From Oscillospiraceae bacterium (GTDB taxonomy: Bacteria; Bacillota; Clostridia; Oscillospirales; Oscillospiraceae), in NCBI GenBank assembly GCA_015068065.1, contig SVLE01000001.1, positions 3,428 through 67,427 of the forward strand: a DNA stretch of 64,000 bases, in the 5' to 3' direction. The translations under genes and the position numbers were made by a program. The notes under the pieces are model-generated. The model was not told where the DNA came from, searched no databases, and worked only from the letters and a program-made list of their open reading frames with translations. Every line of letters starts with the position of its first letter. The first letter of the stretch is position 1. This document shows, piece by piece, positions 1 through 8,499 of the stretch.

Positions 1-2
1 GT

Positions 3-395
3 GAAAACTCCGCCAAAATCACCACACCGCATTTTAAAAAGGTCTACCGCATCTTCTCCAAGGACAGTGGCAAGGCAGAGGCCGATCTCATCTGCCTGCA
101 CGACGAGGAATTCGATTTCACTCAGCCCCTGGAGTTGTTCGATCCGGAGGCTACCTGGAAGCGTAAGACCTACACCAACTACGAAGCAAAGGAGCTTTTG
201 GTTCCCGTGTTCCAGAAGGGTGAACTGGTCTACGAGGTGCCCGACCTGCAGGCCAGCCGGGCCCACTGCCAGCGGCAGGTGGACGCCCTGTGGGACGAGG
301 TCAAGCGCTTTGAAAACCCTCACAACTACTACGTGGACCTGTCTCAGAAGCTGTGGGATATCAAGCGGGGCCTGCTCAGCCGAAACGAGAAATAA
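3..395 (+). CDS. pncB: Nicotinate phosphoribosyltransferase, C-terminal part (5' truncated by window)
   Basis: Frame 3 reads ENSAKITTPHFKKVYRIF...LLVPVFQKGELVY...VKRFENPHNYYVDLSQKLW, the typical C-terminus of Bacillota NAPRTases. Confidence 0.85.
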   Translation, partial: ENSAKITTPHFKKVYRIFSKDSGKAEADLICLHDEEFDFTQPLELFDPEATWKRKTYTNYEAKELLVPVFQKGELVYEVPDLQASRAHCQRQVDALWDEVKRFENPHNYYVDLSQKLWDIKRGLLSRNEK

Positions 396-437
396 ACGCA
401 AAAAGTGCCGCCCCACCGGGGCGGCACTTTTTGCGTT
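395..437. terminator. Bidirectional intrinsic terminator
   Basis: Perfect inverted repeat AACGCAAAAAGTGCCGCCCC-acc-GGGGCGGCACTTTTTGCGTT between convergent genes. Confidence 0.85.
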
Positions 438-439
438 GG

Positions 440-1549
440 TTATTCGAAGGTCACCGTGGCACCGGTGTCCACGATGTTGATGTAGCTCTTGCCTGCGCCC
501 AGGGTCAGGGGCTGACCGTCTGCAGTGGAGAAGCGGAAGGGGGCAGTGGGGGATTCCTTGGACCAGGTGATGGGGATGTACTGTCCGCCACAAGCGAAAT
601 AACCGCTGCCGGTGCCGGCGAGCCGTACGGTCAGACGGCCGGCGGTGTCGCCCTTAATGGGGTTGACGTCGGTACACAGGACCAACACATTGGTCACTGC
701 CACCTGCTGGTCATTGTTGCCGTCCACATAGGGCCCGTTCTGCTTGTCCACCAGCTGGCCGACCAGATACGTTTCGCTCTGGGTGTCATAGGTAAACAGG
801 CCGGTCTTATAATAGGAGTATTTTACCGAAATGCTGTTGGCGCTCTGCCCGTTGGCGGGAGCGGCGTCTTCGGCAAAGGTGAGGGGGAGAGAATAGCCCT
901 CGTTGTGGGTCTGACGCATTTTGGACAGGGAGCCGGAGAGTAGTTTTTGAATGCGGGCCTCGTCGGTGAACAGGCTGTGCTCAAAGCCGGCGGTCTTTTT
1001 GCGCTGGGCGTCCCGATAGAACATGGTGCCGCCGTAGGGGCCGTTGACGCCGTCAATGTTGAATACGCCGTGCTTCTTGATGGCGGAGTAGGCGTCATCG
1101 CTGCCTCCGGCGTGGATGAAGATGGCATCCAGTCCGGCGGCCAGTTCCACATAATAGGGGCGGGCAGAGCGTACCGAACCAAGGGTGCCGACCCCGTCAA
1201 GGGACTGGAACACGGCCATCATCCGGGTGATACCGCCCTCGGCGGGGGCTTCATAGATAATGTCAGCCTGAGAGATGCCGCATTGGGGCAGCGCCTTTTT
1301 CAGGTTGTTGAGCATGATGGCGACCGGTCGGTTGGCGGACAGGTCAACATCGGTGCCCTCGCCGGTGAGAGGGTTGGTGTATAGGGGGATAGGGTCCACC
1401 GGAGCCATGGTGGAAACGGAGGGCTCCAGACTCAGCGAGCCGTCGCCGGACGAGGAGGATGCGGTGGGTGGCGCATCGGAACCGCAGGCAGACAGCAGCA
1501 TGACGGCGGCCAGAACACCGGCCAGCAGACAGGAAACGCGCTTGTACAT
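440..1549 (-). CDS. DUF3048 / YerB-like lipoprotein
   Basis: Lipobox LLSAC, Ser-rich linker, NPLTG, RPVAIMLNN, PQCGISQADIIYE, EGGITR, GSVRSARPY motifs; start placed at MYKRV. Confidence 0.8.
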   Translation of the reverse strand: MYKRVSCLLAGVLAAVMLLSACGSDAPPTASSSSGDGSLSLEPSVSTMAPVDPIPLYTNPLTGEGTDVDLSANRPVAIMLNNLKKALPQCGISQADIIYEAPAEGGITRMMAVFQSLDGVGTLGSVRSARPYYVELAAGLDAIFIHAGGSDDAYSAIKKHGVFNIDGVNGPYGGTMFYRDAQRKKTAGFEHSLFTDEARIQKLLSGSLSKMRQTHNEGYSLPLTFAEDAAPANGQSANSISVKYSYYKTGLFTYDTQSETYLVGQLVDKQNGPYVDGNNDQQVAVTNVLVLCTDVNPIKGDTAGRLTVRLAGTGSGYFACGGQYIPITWSKESPTAPFRFSTADGQPLTLGAGKSYINIVDTGATVTFE

Positions 1550-1594
1550 AAAAGAACCCCCAGTCAAATTTTTGTGTATTATGAAGGGAATGGG

Positions 1595-2200
1595 TCAGCG
1601 CTGGAGAGGAAGCAGGGCCTGCTTGAGCCGGTCGGCCATAAGTCGGTGGCCCTGAGCGTTGGGATGCAGACCGTCCCAGAATAGCTCGTGCCGGATCTCG
1701 CCGTCCGGGGCGATGAAGTCCTGAGCAAAGTCCACCACAGGCAGACCGAACACCCGACAGAACTGCCGCAGCCACGCGCAGTAGTTTTTCATCAGCCGGG
1801 CAGACTGCTCAAAATCCACCACCTGAGCCCAGGGGCGGGGGGCCTGCGTCCAGTCCACCGGCAGGGAAATGCCTACGAAGGGTTCCAGACCCTCGCCCAT
1901 AAGCCGCTGGCACATGGCGGCCATGTTGGCCCGGGCCTGAGCATCCGTGCCGGAGAAGAACACGTCATTGCTGCCTCCCATGAGAAGGATGCGACTTTCC
2001 AGACGCTGGGTGCGGTCCAGACCGATGTCAGCCAGCACCTCCGGACCGAGCCGAGTCAGCATACCGCCGGTGGTGTCCCCGTTGATGCCCCGGTTGACCA
2101 CCTGCCAGCCGGTCTCCTGCTCCACCAGAGTGGTCCAGCGTACGTTGCGGGACATACCGAAGCCAAAGGTCAGGCTGTCCCCCAGACAAAAGAGTTTCAT
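1595..2200 (-). CDS. SGNH/GDSL hydrolase
   Basis: GDSLT, NRGING, GGSND and DGLHPN blocks. Confidence 0.9.
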   Translation of the reverse strand: MKLFCLGDSLTFGFGMSRNVRWTTLVEQETGWQVVNRGINGDTTGGMLTRLGPEVLADIGLDRTQRLESRILLMGGSNDVFFSGTDAQARANMAAMCQRLMGEGLEPFVGISLPVDWTQAPRPWAQVVDFEQSARLMKNYCAWLRQFCRVFGLPVVDFAQDFIAPDGEIRHELFWDGLHPNAQGHRLMADRLKQALLPLQR

Positions 2201-2514
2201 AAGCTCACCTGTGTAGAATGATGATTGTTGGAAATATTATAGCATGAAGCCGCAGGCGCAATGGTATAATGTGCCATCATTTCCGGTTGCCGCGCAGCGG
2301 CGAGGGAGAGGGCTGAAATCAAAGGATAATATCCGCTTGCGGATATTATAGCATTGATAGGGCTTAAGAGCAAGGAGCGAAAAGAACAGAAGAAAAAACA
2401 GTTATTTATGGGAAAAGTTGACGAAAAGAGAACGAATATGATATACTTAGCAGGCTGCGCTCCGGCCCGGAAACGGACATAACGGGAGCACAACAAGTAT
2501 AAGGAGAGAAATAC

Positions 2515-4080
2515 ATGCAAAAGAAAAATCAGTCTACGAAGGTCAGCCTGTACAATCGCTGCCTGAACGGAATCGAGCGGGTGGGTAACGGCCTGCCCCA
2601 TCCTGTGGCCCTGTTTGCAATCTTCGCCCTGGCCATCGTGGTCATTTCCGCCGTGTGCGCCGCGCTGGGAGTGTCCGCCACCGGCAATCTGGTATCTAAC
2701 GGCGAGCTGAAAGAGACCACAGTTACTGCGGTTAGTCTGCTGACCAAGGAAGGCCTGGCCTATATGTTTACCTCCGCGGTGAACAACTTCACCACCTATG
2801 CTCCTCTGGGCATGGTGCTGGTGGCCATGCTGGGCGTGGGTGTTGCCGAGCAGTCCGGTATGATCAATTCCCTGCTGAAAAATGTGGTGCGCGTCACCCC
2901 CAAGCAGATGCTGACCCCCGTGATCGTGTTCCTGGGTATCATGTCCAACGTGGCCTCCGATGCGGGCTACGTCATTCTGATCCCTCTGGGTGCCATGATG
3001 TTCCGCGCCTGCGGCCGTCACCCCATTGCCGGTCTGGCCGCCGCTTTTGCCGGCGTGTCCGGCGGCTTCTCTGCCAATCTGGTGGTGGGCACTCTGGATC
3101 CCCTGCTGGCCGGCATCAGTGAAGCTGCCGCGGTTATGGTGGACTCCGCCTATAAGGTGCAGGTCATGGGCAACTACTTCTTTATGTGCGCCTCCACCGT
3201 TCTGCTCACAATTCTGGGCACCATCATCACAGACAAGGTGGTGGAGCCCCGTCTGGGCACCTACAGCGGCGAGCTGGAGGGTGAAGAGGATGAATCCCTG
3301 ATCACCGTGACCAGCACAGAGAAGAAGGGCCTGCGCAATGCGGGCATTGCCGCGCTGGTTTTTGTGGCGCTGATCGTGGCTGCCTGCGTTCCTGCCGACT
3401 CCTTCTTCCGCAATGCGGAGGGTCAGCTGCTGGGCAACACTCCTCTGGTCAACAGCATCGTGGTGCTTATCGCTCTGCTGTTCTTTATTCCCGGTGTGGC
3501 TTACGGTCTGAGCGTGGGCACCTTTAAGGACAACAAGGACGTTTGCAACGCCATGAGCAAGGCTATGTCCAGCATGGGTTCCTTCCTGGCTCTGGCCTTT
3601 GTGTCCGCTCAGTTTATCAAGTATTTTGAGTACACCAAGCTGGGCACCATCATCGCGCTGTCCGGTGCGGCATTCCTGAAGTCCATCAACATTGGCCTGA
3701 TCCCTCTGGCAGTTATTTTTGTGATTTTCTCCGCGTTCATGAACCTGTTTATGGGGTCTGCTTCTGCCAAGTGGAACATTCTGGCCCCTGTGTTTGTGCC
3801 CATGTTCATGCTGATGGGCTACAGCCCCGAGCTGTGCCAGCTGATCTACCGCATTGGCGACTCCTGCACCAACATCATTACCCCTATGATGACCTACTAC
3901 GCCGTGATTATCATCTTTGCCCAGCGCTATGACAAGCAGGCCGGCATCGGCACCATCACCGCCACCATGCTGCCCTATTCCGTGTGCTTCCTGATTTGCT
4001 GGACCATCTTTATGATCATCTGGCTGGCCACTGGCCTGCCCATCGGCATTGCTACCAGCCTGTTCTACCCCACGGTCTGA
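2515..4080 (+). CDS. abgT: AbgT-family transporter
   Basis: IERVGNGLPHP, GRHPIAGLAAAFAGVSGGFSAN, GSASAKW, YRIGDS motifs; multiple TM helices; AAGGAG RBS. Confidence 0.9.
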   Translation: MQKKNQSTKVSLYNRCLNGIERVGNGLPHPVALFAIFALAIVVISAVCAALGVSATGNLVSNGELKETTVTAVSLLTKEGLAYMFTSAVNNFTTYAPLGMVLVAMLGVGVAEQSGMINSLLKNVVRVTPKQMLTPVIVFLGIMSNVASDAGYVILIPLGAMMFRACGRHPIAGLAAAFAGVSGGFSANLVVGTLDPLLAGISEAAAVMVDSAYKVQVMGNYFFMCASTVLLTILGTIITDKVVEPRLGTYSGELEGEEDESLITVTSTEKKGLRNAGIAALVFVALIVAACVPADSFFRNAEGQLLGNTPLVNSIVVLIALLFFIPGVAYGLSVGTFKDNKDVCNAMSKAMSSMGSFLALAFVSAQFIKYFEYTKLGTIIALSGAAFLKSINIGLIPLAVIFVIFSAFMNLFMGSASAKWNILAPVFVPMFMLMGYSPELCQLIYRIGDSCTNIITPMMTYYAVIIIFAQRYDKQAGIGTITATMLPYSVCFLICWTIFMIIWLATGLPIGIATSLFYPTV

Positions 4081-4145
4081 TTCGTCACAACATACAGCCG
4101 GGCGGGCATCGCCCGGCTGTCATACTCTGAAAAGGAGCAGCTTAT

Positions 4146-5249
4146 ATGATCAACAAGGAACGACTTCTGAACACATTTTTGGACTATGTCCGCATCGACA
4201 GCGAGAGCCGGGATGAGGCCGCCATGGCCCGCCGGGTCATTGACGACCTGGCCGCTCTGGGCTGCGAGATCTATGTGGACAGCACCGCAGACAAAACCGG
4301 AAGCAACACGGGTAATGTGTATGCCACCCTGCTCGGTAATGCTCCCGGCGAGCCCATTGTGCTCAGCGCCCATCTGGACACCGTGGTGCCCGGCGTGGGG
4401 GTGGAGCCTGTGGTGGAGGACGGGATCATCCGCAGCAAAGGGGACACGGTACTGGGCGCGGATGACAAGTCCGGTGTGGCGGCCGTGGTGGAGGCTCTGC
4501 GGGTGGTGACCGAGCAGAACATCCCCCATCCCACCGTACAGGCGGTGTTCACCGTATGTGAGGAGATCGGCCTGTTGGGATCCGTGCATCTGGAGTATGA
4601 CAAGCTGGCGGGCAAGCAGGCCATTGCGCTGGATACCGGCACCCCCGGCGTCATCGTCACCAGCGGTCCCGGCCAGTACAAAATCGAGGCCACGGTGGTG
4701 GGACGCAAGGCCCACGCGGGTGTGGCGCCTGAGCAGGGCATCAGTGCTATTCAGGTGCTGGCAGAGGCTATTGCCAACATGAAGCTGCTGCGGATCGACC
4801 CCGAGACCACTGCCAATATCGGAGCTATCCATGCCGATTACCCTACCAACATTGTGGCCGAGCGGGCCACCATGAGTGCCGAGTGCCGCAGCCGAGATGC
4901 CGCCAAACTGGAGGAGCAGGCTGAGCATATGGAGGCCTGTCTGCGTGTTGCCTGCGAGAAGTACGGTGCTGCTCTGGAGTTCAAGCGTGCCAAAGCCTAT
5001 GAGGCGTTCTGCCATAAGCAGGACGCGCCCGTGATTCGCCGGGTGGCCGCGGCCATGACGGCGGCTGGTCTGAACCCCGCCCTCAAGCCCAGCGGCGGCG
5101 GAAGCGATGCCAACAATATGTGTGCCCGCGGCATGGAAGCCGTGGTGGTGGGTACCGGTATGGACAAGGTGCATACCACCAACGAGCAGATCGCCGTGGC
5201 CGATCTGGAAAGCACTGCCCGCATGGTGCTGGAGCTGATCAAAGCCTGA
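4146..5249 (+). CDS. M20 metallopeptidase, peptidase T-like (YqjE type)
   Basis: SAHLDTV, LGADDKSG, EEIG, GRKAHAG, GGGSDAN, VHTTNE motifs. Confidence 0.85.
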   Translation: MINKERLLNTFLDYVRIDSESRDEAAMARRVIDDLAALGCEIYVDSTADKTGSNTGNVYATLLGNAPGEPIVLSAHLDTVVPGVGVEPVVEDGIIRSKGDTVLGADDKSGVAAVVEALRVVTEQNIPHPTVQAVFTVCEEIGLLGSVHLEYDKLAGKQAIALDTGTPGVIVTSGPGQYKIEATVVGRKAHAGVAPEQGISAIQVLAEAIANMKLLRIDPETTANIGAIHADYPTNIVAERATMSAECRSRDAAKLEEQAEHMEACLRVACEKYGAALEFKRAKAYEAFCHKQDAPVIRRVAAAMTAAGLNPALKPSGGGSDANNMCARGMEAVVVGTGMDKVHTTNEQIAVADLESTARMVLELIKA

Positions 5250-5250
5250 T

Positions 5251-5284
5251 AAAATGCCCCGCTGCACAGCAGCGGGGCATTTTT
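5251..5284. terminator. Bidirectional intrinsic terminator
   Basis: AAAATGCCCCGCTGC-aca-GCAGCGGGGCATTTT between convergent genes. Confidence 0.85.
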
Positions 5285-5757
5285 CATCGGTTGAGCATCC
5301 ACACCCCAAAGGTGAGATATCCCGCAAAGGCGACCCAGAGCAAATAGGGGATCTGGAGCAGTGCGGCCGTTTTATCCACCTGATAGAAGCTGACCGTCAT
5401 CCAGAGGATGAGCAGCCACAGGGCGATCAGCCAGAAGAAGGCGAAAGCATAGGCCTGCAGGTTGAAGAATACGATGCTCCACAGGAAGTTGAAGGCCAGC
5501 TGGATGAGAAACAGCAGCAGGCCCCGGGACCTGGCGTTGGAGGCGGGGGCCAGGTAGACCCGGGCCGCACCAACTCCCATCAGAGCATAGAGAATGGCCC
5601 ACACAATGGGGAAGACGAACGGGGGCGGGGAGAGTGGCGGTTGGACGACCGTTTGGTTGTAGAGTTCCACTCCCTCCCGGGTCAGCCAGCCGGACAGGGC
5701 GCCAACCCCCTCTGCCAGTGCGATCCAGAACAAATATACTTTCCAGTTGCTTTTCAT
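5284..5757 (-). CDS. tspO: TspO/MBR tryptophan-rich sensory protein
   Basis: PPLSPPPFVFPIVWAILYALMG, QLAFNFLWSIVFF, PYLLWVAFA; 5 TM helices. Confidence 0.9.
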   Translation of the reverse strand: MKSNWKVYLFWIALAEGVGALSGWLTREGVELYNQTVVQPPLSPPPFVFPIVWAILYALMGVGAARVYLAPASNARSRGLLLFLIQLAFNFLWSIVFFNLQAYAFAFFWLIALWLLILWMTVSFYQVDKTAALLQIPYLLWVAFAGYLTFGVWMLNR

Positions 5758-5774
5758 ACACATCACCTGAGCTT

Positions 5775-5803
5775 ATCCTATGTGGGGACGGTACAGGTTA
5801 TGC
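5775..5803 (-). promoter_or_regulatory. Putative sporulation-sigma (sigmaE-like) promoter of tspO
   Basis: GCATA-N16-CATAGGAT just upstream of the RBS. Confidence 0.45.
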
Positions 5804-5808
5804 CAAAG

Positions 5809-5841
5809 AAAAGGCGCTGACCGTGCGGTCAGCGCCTTTTT
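5809..5841. terminator. Intrinsic terminator after MATE gene
   Basis: AAAAGGCGCTGACCG / CGGTCAGCGCCTTTT hairpin. Confidence 0.8.
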
Positions 5842-5843
5842 GC

Positions 5844-7217
5844 TCAGGCAGAATAAATTTTCTTCATCCACTTGCCGCTTTTCAGCCGGAAGAAGCACCA
5901 CACACACTTGATGATCTGATCAATCTTCAGGAAGGTGTAGATCCAGAAGGCGGGCCAGTGAAACACCAGACCGGCCAGATAGCCCAGAGGGATGGAGGCA
6001 ACCCACAAAAACAGGATGTCGCCGGCCATGAGGAACTTGGTATCGCCGCCTGCCCGGAGCACACCCTTGGTGAGGATGGAGCTCATGGACTGGAAGATGA
6101 CGATGATGAGGATGGCATCCATCAGCTCCCAGGCAATGGCCTTGGCTTCGGGCGAGACCTTATAGAAGTTGATGATGGGAGCGCGCAGCAGCAGGATGAC
6201 GAAGGCGGCAAAGCAGCCAATGAGAAAGCTCATGAACAGGAAGGCATAGCCTTGCTTCTGGGCTTTTTCAAAGTCGCCCTCGCCCATGGTGTGGCCGGTG
6301 ATAATGCCGCTGGCATTGGACACGCCGGTGGTGAGCACGGAGCTAAGCTGTTGGGTAACCATGGTGACGGAGTTGGCCGCCACGAAGGCCTGGCCGATGT
6401 GGCCCATGACCATGGACACGGCGTTGTTGCCCAGGGCCAACAGGGAGTCGCTGATGAGGACAGGGATGCTGATGCGGATATACTCATGGAGCAGGTCGCC
6501 GCACTTCATAAATGCATCTTTGAGACGGTAGCCCATGCGTTTGTCAACAAAAAAGAACCAGCCGCAGATGGCAAACAACTCAAAAACACGGGCGATAAGG
6601 GTGCCCAGGGCGGCGCCGGCGATCTCCATTCGGGGCGCACCCAGCTTGCCGAAGATGAACACCCAGTTAAAAAAGACGTTGACGAAAAAGGCGGCGATGG
6701 AGGTGAACAGGGGAACCTTCACCTGACCCACGGAGCGCAGCACGATGGTGCAGGTGAGGCTGAGGCCCATGCAGAAATAGGTGGGCAGCAGCCAACGCAG
6801 GTAGATCATACCGTAATGGATGATGGGCTCGTCCGGGGAGTACATGCGCATAATGAGCCGGGGGATCAGCAGGGTGGCCAGCGTGAAGATGGAGGCAAAG
6901 GAAACGACCAGCCGCAGCATGATTGTGACGGATTTTTTCAGGCTGTGCAGGTCCTGCATGCCCCAGTAGCGGGAGGTGAGCACCGAGGCGCCCATACCGA
7001 TACCCATGCAGCAGATCATGAACAGGTTGATGAACTGACCGGCCAGAGCGGAGGCGGACAGCTGGGCATCGCCCATGCCGCTGAGCATGATGGTGTCCAT
7101 CAGGTTGATACCTACGGTGATCAGGGACTGCAGGGAGACGGGGATGGCGATACGGGCCATGCGCCGATACAGGTCTTTTGTGCCCAGATAATCGCGCAAC
7201 CGGATGTTCGTTGACAT
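5844..7217 (-). CDS. MATE-family transporter
   Basis: About 12 TM helices; IAIPVSLQSLITVGINLMDTIM, GAALGTLIAR, GVLRAGGDTK. Confidence 0.9.
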   Translation of the reverse strand: MSTNIRLRDYLGTKDLYRRMARIAIPVSLQSLITVGINLMDTIMLSGMGDAQLSASALAGQFINLFMICCMGIGMGASVLTSRYWGMQDLHSLKKSVTIMLRLVVSFASIFTLATLLIPRLIMRMYSPDEPIIHYGMIYLRWLLPTYFCMGLSLTCTIVLRSVGQVKVPLFTSIAAFFVNVFFNWVFIFGKLGAPRMEIAGAALGTLIARVFELFAICGWFFFVDKRMGYRLKDAFMKCGDLLHEYIRISIPVLISDSLLALGNNAVSMVMGHIGQAFVAANSVTMVTQQLSSVLTTGVSNASGIITGHTMGEGDFEKAQKQGYAFLFMSFLIGCFAAFVILLLRAPIINFYKVSPEAKAIAWELMDAILIIVIFQSMSSILTKGVLRAGGDTKFLMAGDILFLWVASIPLGYLAGLVFHWPAFWIYTFLKIDQIIKCVWCFFRLKSGKWMKKIYSA

Positions 7218-7297
7218 GGTGAGGACTCCTTTGGGTATGTTTGCCTGTCTATTATAGCAGAAAAAGAGTGTAGATGCACGGGGTTATACGTCAAAAG

Positions 7298-7331
7298 AAA
7301 AAGTTTCCCGTGGAAATCCACGGGAAACTTT
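7298..7331 (-). terminator. Intrinsic terminator after the amidohydrolase pair
   Basis: AAAGTTTCCCGTGGA / TCCACGGGAAACTTT inverted repeat. Confidence 0.75.
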
Positions 7332-7344
7332 AAAAGAGGTGAAT

Positions 7345-8484
7345 TTACAGAACCTGACCCTTGAAGATGACCTTCTTCACGTTGACCCGGTCGTCCACGA
7401 TGACCAGATCGGCCAGCTTGCCTACGGCGATCTCGCCGCGGTCGGTATAGCCCATGACGCGGCAGGGGTTATAGGTGGCCATACGGAAGGCCTCCACCAG
7501 AGAGGCGCCGGTATGGACCATGAAGTTGCGCACACCTACGTTCAGGGTCATGTTGGAACCGTCGATTTCGCCGGCGTGGTCAAAGTTGATGTCAGTGATG
7601 TACTCCAGTCCGGGGAGTGCCGCGCCGGTGCCGGCGGAGGCATCGGAGATTAGGATGACCTTGTCGTCGCCCTTGATCTTGCGGATGAGCCGCTGCATGT
7701 AAGGGTCCACATGGATGCCCTGACTGTCAGAGATGATCTCTGCGTAGATGCTGTCATTGTAGCTGACCGTCTCATCCACGCAGACGCCGCGGCACTCGGG
7801 ATATTTGACGATGGTGCCGGTGGCGTTGGTGTGGTGGGTGCCCAGACACAGGCCCTGAGACAGGAAGGGCTCGATGTGGTGAGGCTCCGCCTCGGAGTGA
7901 CCCACCGCAAAAAGGACACCCGGATTGATGCGCTTGGCATCCCGGACGAACCAGTCGATGTGCTCACGCTCGGGGGCGAGCGTCCACACCTTTACGGCGT
8001 CTCCGGCGGCCTCCAGAACAGGCAGGTAGTCGGCAGGGTCGATATCCTTGGCCCAGGGACAGTTTTCTCTGGAAGAACCGTAGTCAGGGTTCATATAGGG
8101 GCCTTCCACATAAATGCCCACCATGTTCTGACCCTCGGGCTTTTTCATGGCATCCCGGATCAGGTGAAGGGCGTCGATCATGCGCTGCTGATTCAGCTTG
8201 AAGTACAGCGTGGGCTGGATGGTGGTGGTGCCGTACTTCAGGTGGCTCTGAGCCACGTAGATGGGATCCTCGAAGAACTCCACACGGCGGAAGGCGTGGG
8301 TGTGGATGTCCACGAAGCCGGGGCCAACGTAGGTACCCTCGGCATCCACGATCTCACAGCCCTCGGGGATGGGGGTGGTACGCATGGGGCCGAAGCCCAC
8401 GATCTTGTCCCCGTCTACCAACAGGATGGCCTCGGGGATGAGGTGGTCGCGCATGACCAGCTCGGCATTGATAATAGCAAGCAT
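7345..8484 (-). CDS. NagA-like amidohydrolase (N-acetylhexosamine-6-P deacetylase family), paralog 2
   Basis: PGFVDIHTH, YVEGPY, GHSEA, THHTNAT, ISDA, GKLADLVI motifs. Confidence 0.8.
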   Translation of the reverse strand: MLAIINAELVMRDHLIPEAILLVDGDKIVGFGPMRTTPIPEGCEIVDAEGTYVGPGFVDIHTHAFRRVEFFEDPIYVAQSHLKYGTTTIQPTLYFKLNQQRMIDALHLIRDAMKKPEGQNMVGIYVEGPYMNPDYGSSRENCPWAKDIDPADYLPVLEAAGDAVKVWTLAPEREHIDWFVRDAKRINPGVLFAVGHSEAEPHHIEPFLSQGLCLGTHHTNATGTIVKYPECRGVCVDETVSYNDSIYAEIISDSQGIHVDPYMQRLIRKIKGDDKVILISDASAGTGAALPGLEYITDINFDHAGEIDGSNMTLNVGVRNFMVHTGASLVEAFRMATYNPCRVMGYTDRGEIAVGKLADLVIVDDRVNVKKVIFKGQVL

Positions 8485-8499
8485 ATGGAGCGCCCCTTG

